A model generated the notes under the pieces. The model did not search any database, was not told the origin of the DNA, and saw only the letters and a program-made list of their open reading frames with translations. The translations under genes were made by a program, and so were the position numbers. Positions 63,721 to 64,000 of a stretch of 64,000 bases of DNA are shown piece by piece. Numbering within the stretch: position 1 is the first letter of the stretch; each line of letters begins with the position of its first letter. This DNA is from a bacterium (GTDB lineage Bacteria > Patescibacteriota > Minisyncoccia > Phycocordibacterales > UBA2100): positions 3,710-67,709 of the forward strand of contig RFQR01000005.1 in assembly GCA_009924895.1 (NCBI GenBank). Reading direction: 5' to 3'.

Positions 63721-64000
63721 ATTTTTTTTAAGTGCTCAAAAATGGTGCTTTCGGGTACGAGCGTGGTGTCGCCACCCGAGCGCGAAGATACTTCGATGCC
63801 GCCTGCAGCGATTGTTTTTTCTGAAATAACAAGACGCGTGGGTATGCCGATGAGTTCTGCGTCAGCAAATTTTTCTCCGGCGCGGACATCGCGATCGTCG
63901 TAGAGCACTTCAAATCCGTGTTCACGCAGCTCCTGGTAGAGTCGATCAGCTTCGGCAATGACTTGTGAGTTTCCGGAAGCAAGAGATACAAGATGTGCGT
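63717..64000 (-). CDS. proS: prolyl-tRNA synthetase, C-terminal anticodon-binding domain (5' part of the gene lies beyond the window end)
   Basis: The frame is open to nt 64000. ...EHGFEVLYDDRDVRAGEKFADAELIGIPTRLVISEK... closely matches the bacterial ProRS C-terminal ([23 protein letters not shown]) pattern. Confidence 0.7.
   Translation of the reverse strand, partial: AHLVSLASGNSQVIAEADRLYQELREHGFEVLYDDRDVRAGEKFADAELIGIPTRLVISEKTIAAGGIEVSSRSGGDTTLVPESTIFEHLKKI

Noticed and set aside
1-64000. CRISPR arrays, rRNA genes, tmRNA, RNase P RNA
   Set aside because: No regularly spaced direct repeats were found. No rRNA-like conserved blocks or tmRNA/RNase P signature sequences were seen on either strand.

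Overview
This is a 64-kb stretch of a gene-dense bacterial chromosome, mixed GC near 50%, read by eye from the sequence and the supplied ORF track. Genes are small and tightly packed, there are many small membrane or secreted proteins of unknown function, AspRS is the short form, one tRNA does not encode CCA, and promoters look like extended -10 elements close to the start codons. From this I infer a Patescibacteria (CPR)-like or similarly reduced genome; this cannot be proven from sequence alone. Coordinates in some regions, roughly 17.3-19.9 kb, may be off by plus or minus 1 nt relative to the ORF track.

Content in order:
- A hypothetical surface-type protein, 3' part.
- A peculiar tRNA-Pro(GGG) locus in which an intact tRNA sits inside the split halves of a second tRNA-Pro-like gene.
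- trhO, a PfkB kinase and ahcY.
- tRNA-Ala(GGC) followed by a perfect 22-bp hairpin.
- An FAD oxidoreductase.
- The first half of the dcw cluster, mraZ-rsmH-ftsL-ftsI-murF, preceded by an MraZ-box array.
- A lycopene-cyclase-domain membrane protein, ctpA, and rplI/rpmA.
- A small Ada-like Zn-domain protein, a DEDDh exonuclease, a zincin-like peptidase and an M23 peptidase.
- gltX.
- The second half of the dcw cluster on the minus strand, mraY-ftsW-(99-aa ORF)-murG.
- A PBP5-like dac gene and scpAB.
- aspS, a DUF4105 protein, trpS, a GIY-YIG gene flanked by inverted palindromes, and glmS.
- An orphan histidine kinase next to an AT-rich cluster of unknown membrane and Cys-rich proteins that includes tandem paralogs.
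- Peptidoglycan-binding secreted proteins.
- dnaJ, an APH-like kinase, dnaK, a RayT/IS200-like transposase flanked by REP palindromes (a REPtron), and grpE.
- A PLP decarboxylase and ychF.
- The r-protein/rpoA alpha operon infA-rpmJ-rpsM-rpsK-rpsD-rpoA-rplQ-rplM-rpsI, carrying three paralogous ~170-nt structured spacers.
- A GC-rich island (54.1-59.4 kb) of seven unknown membrane/secreted genes, each with its own terminator.
- greA, mrdA-mreD-mreC-mreB and the 3' end of proS.
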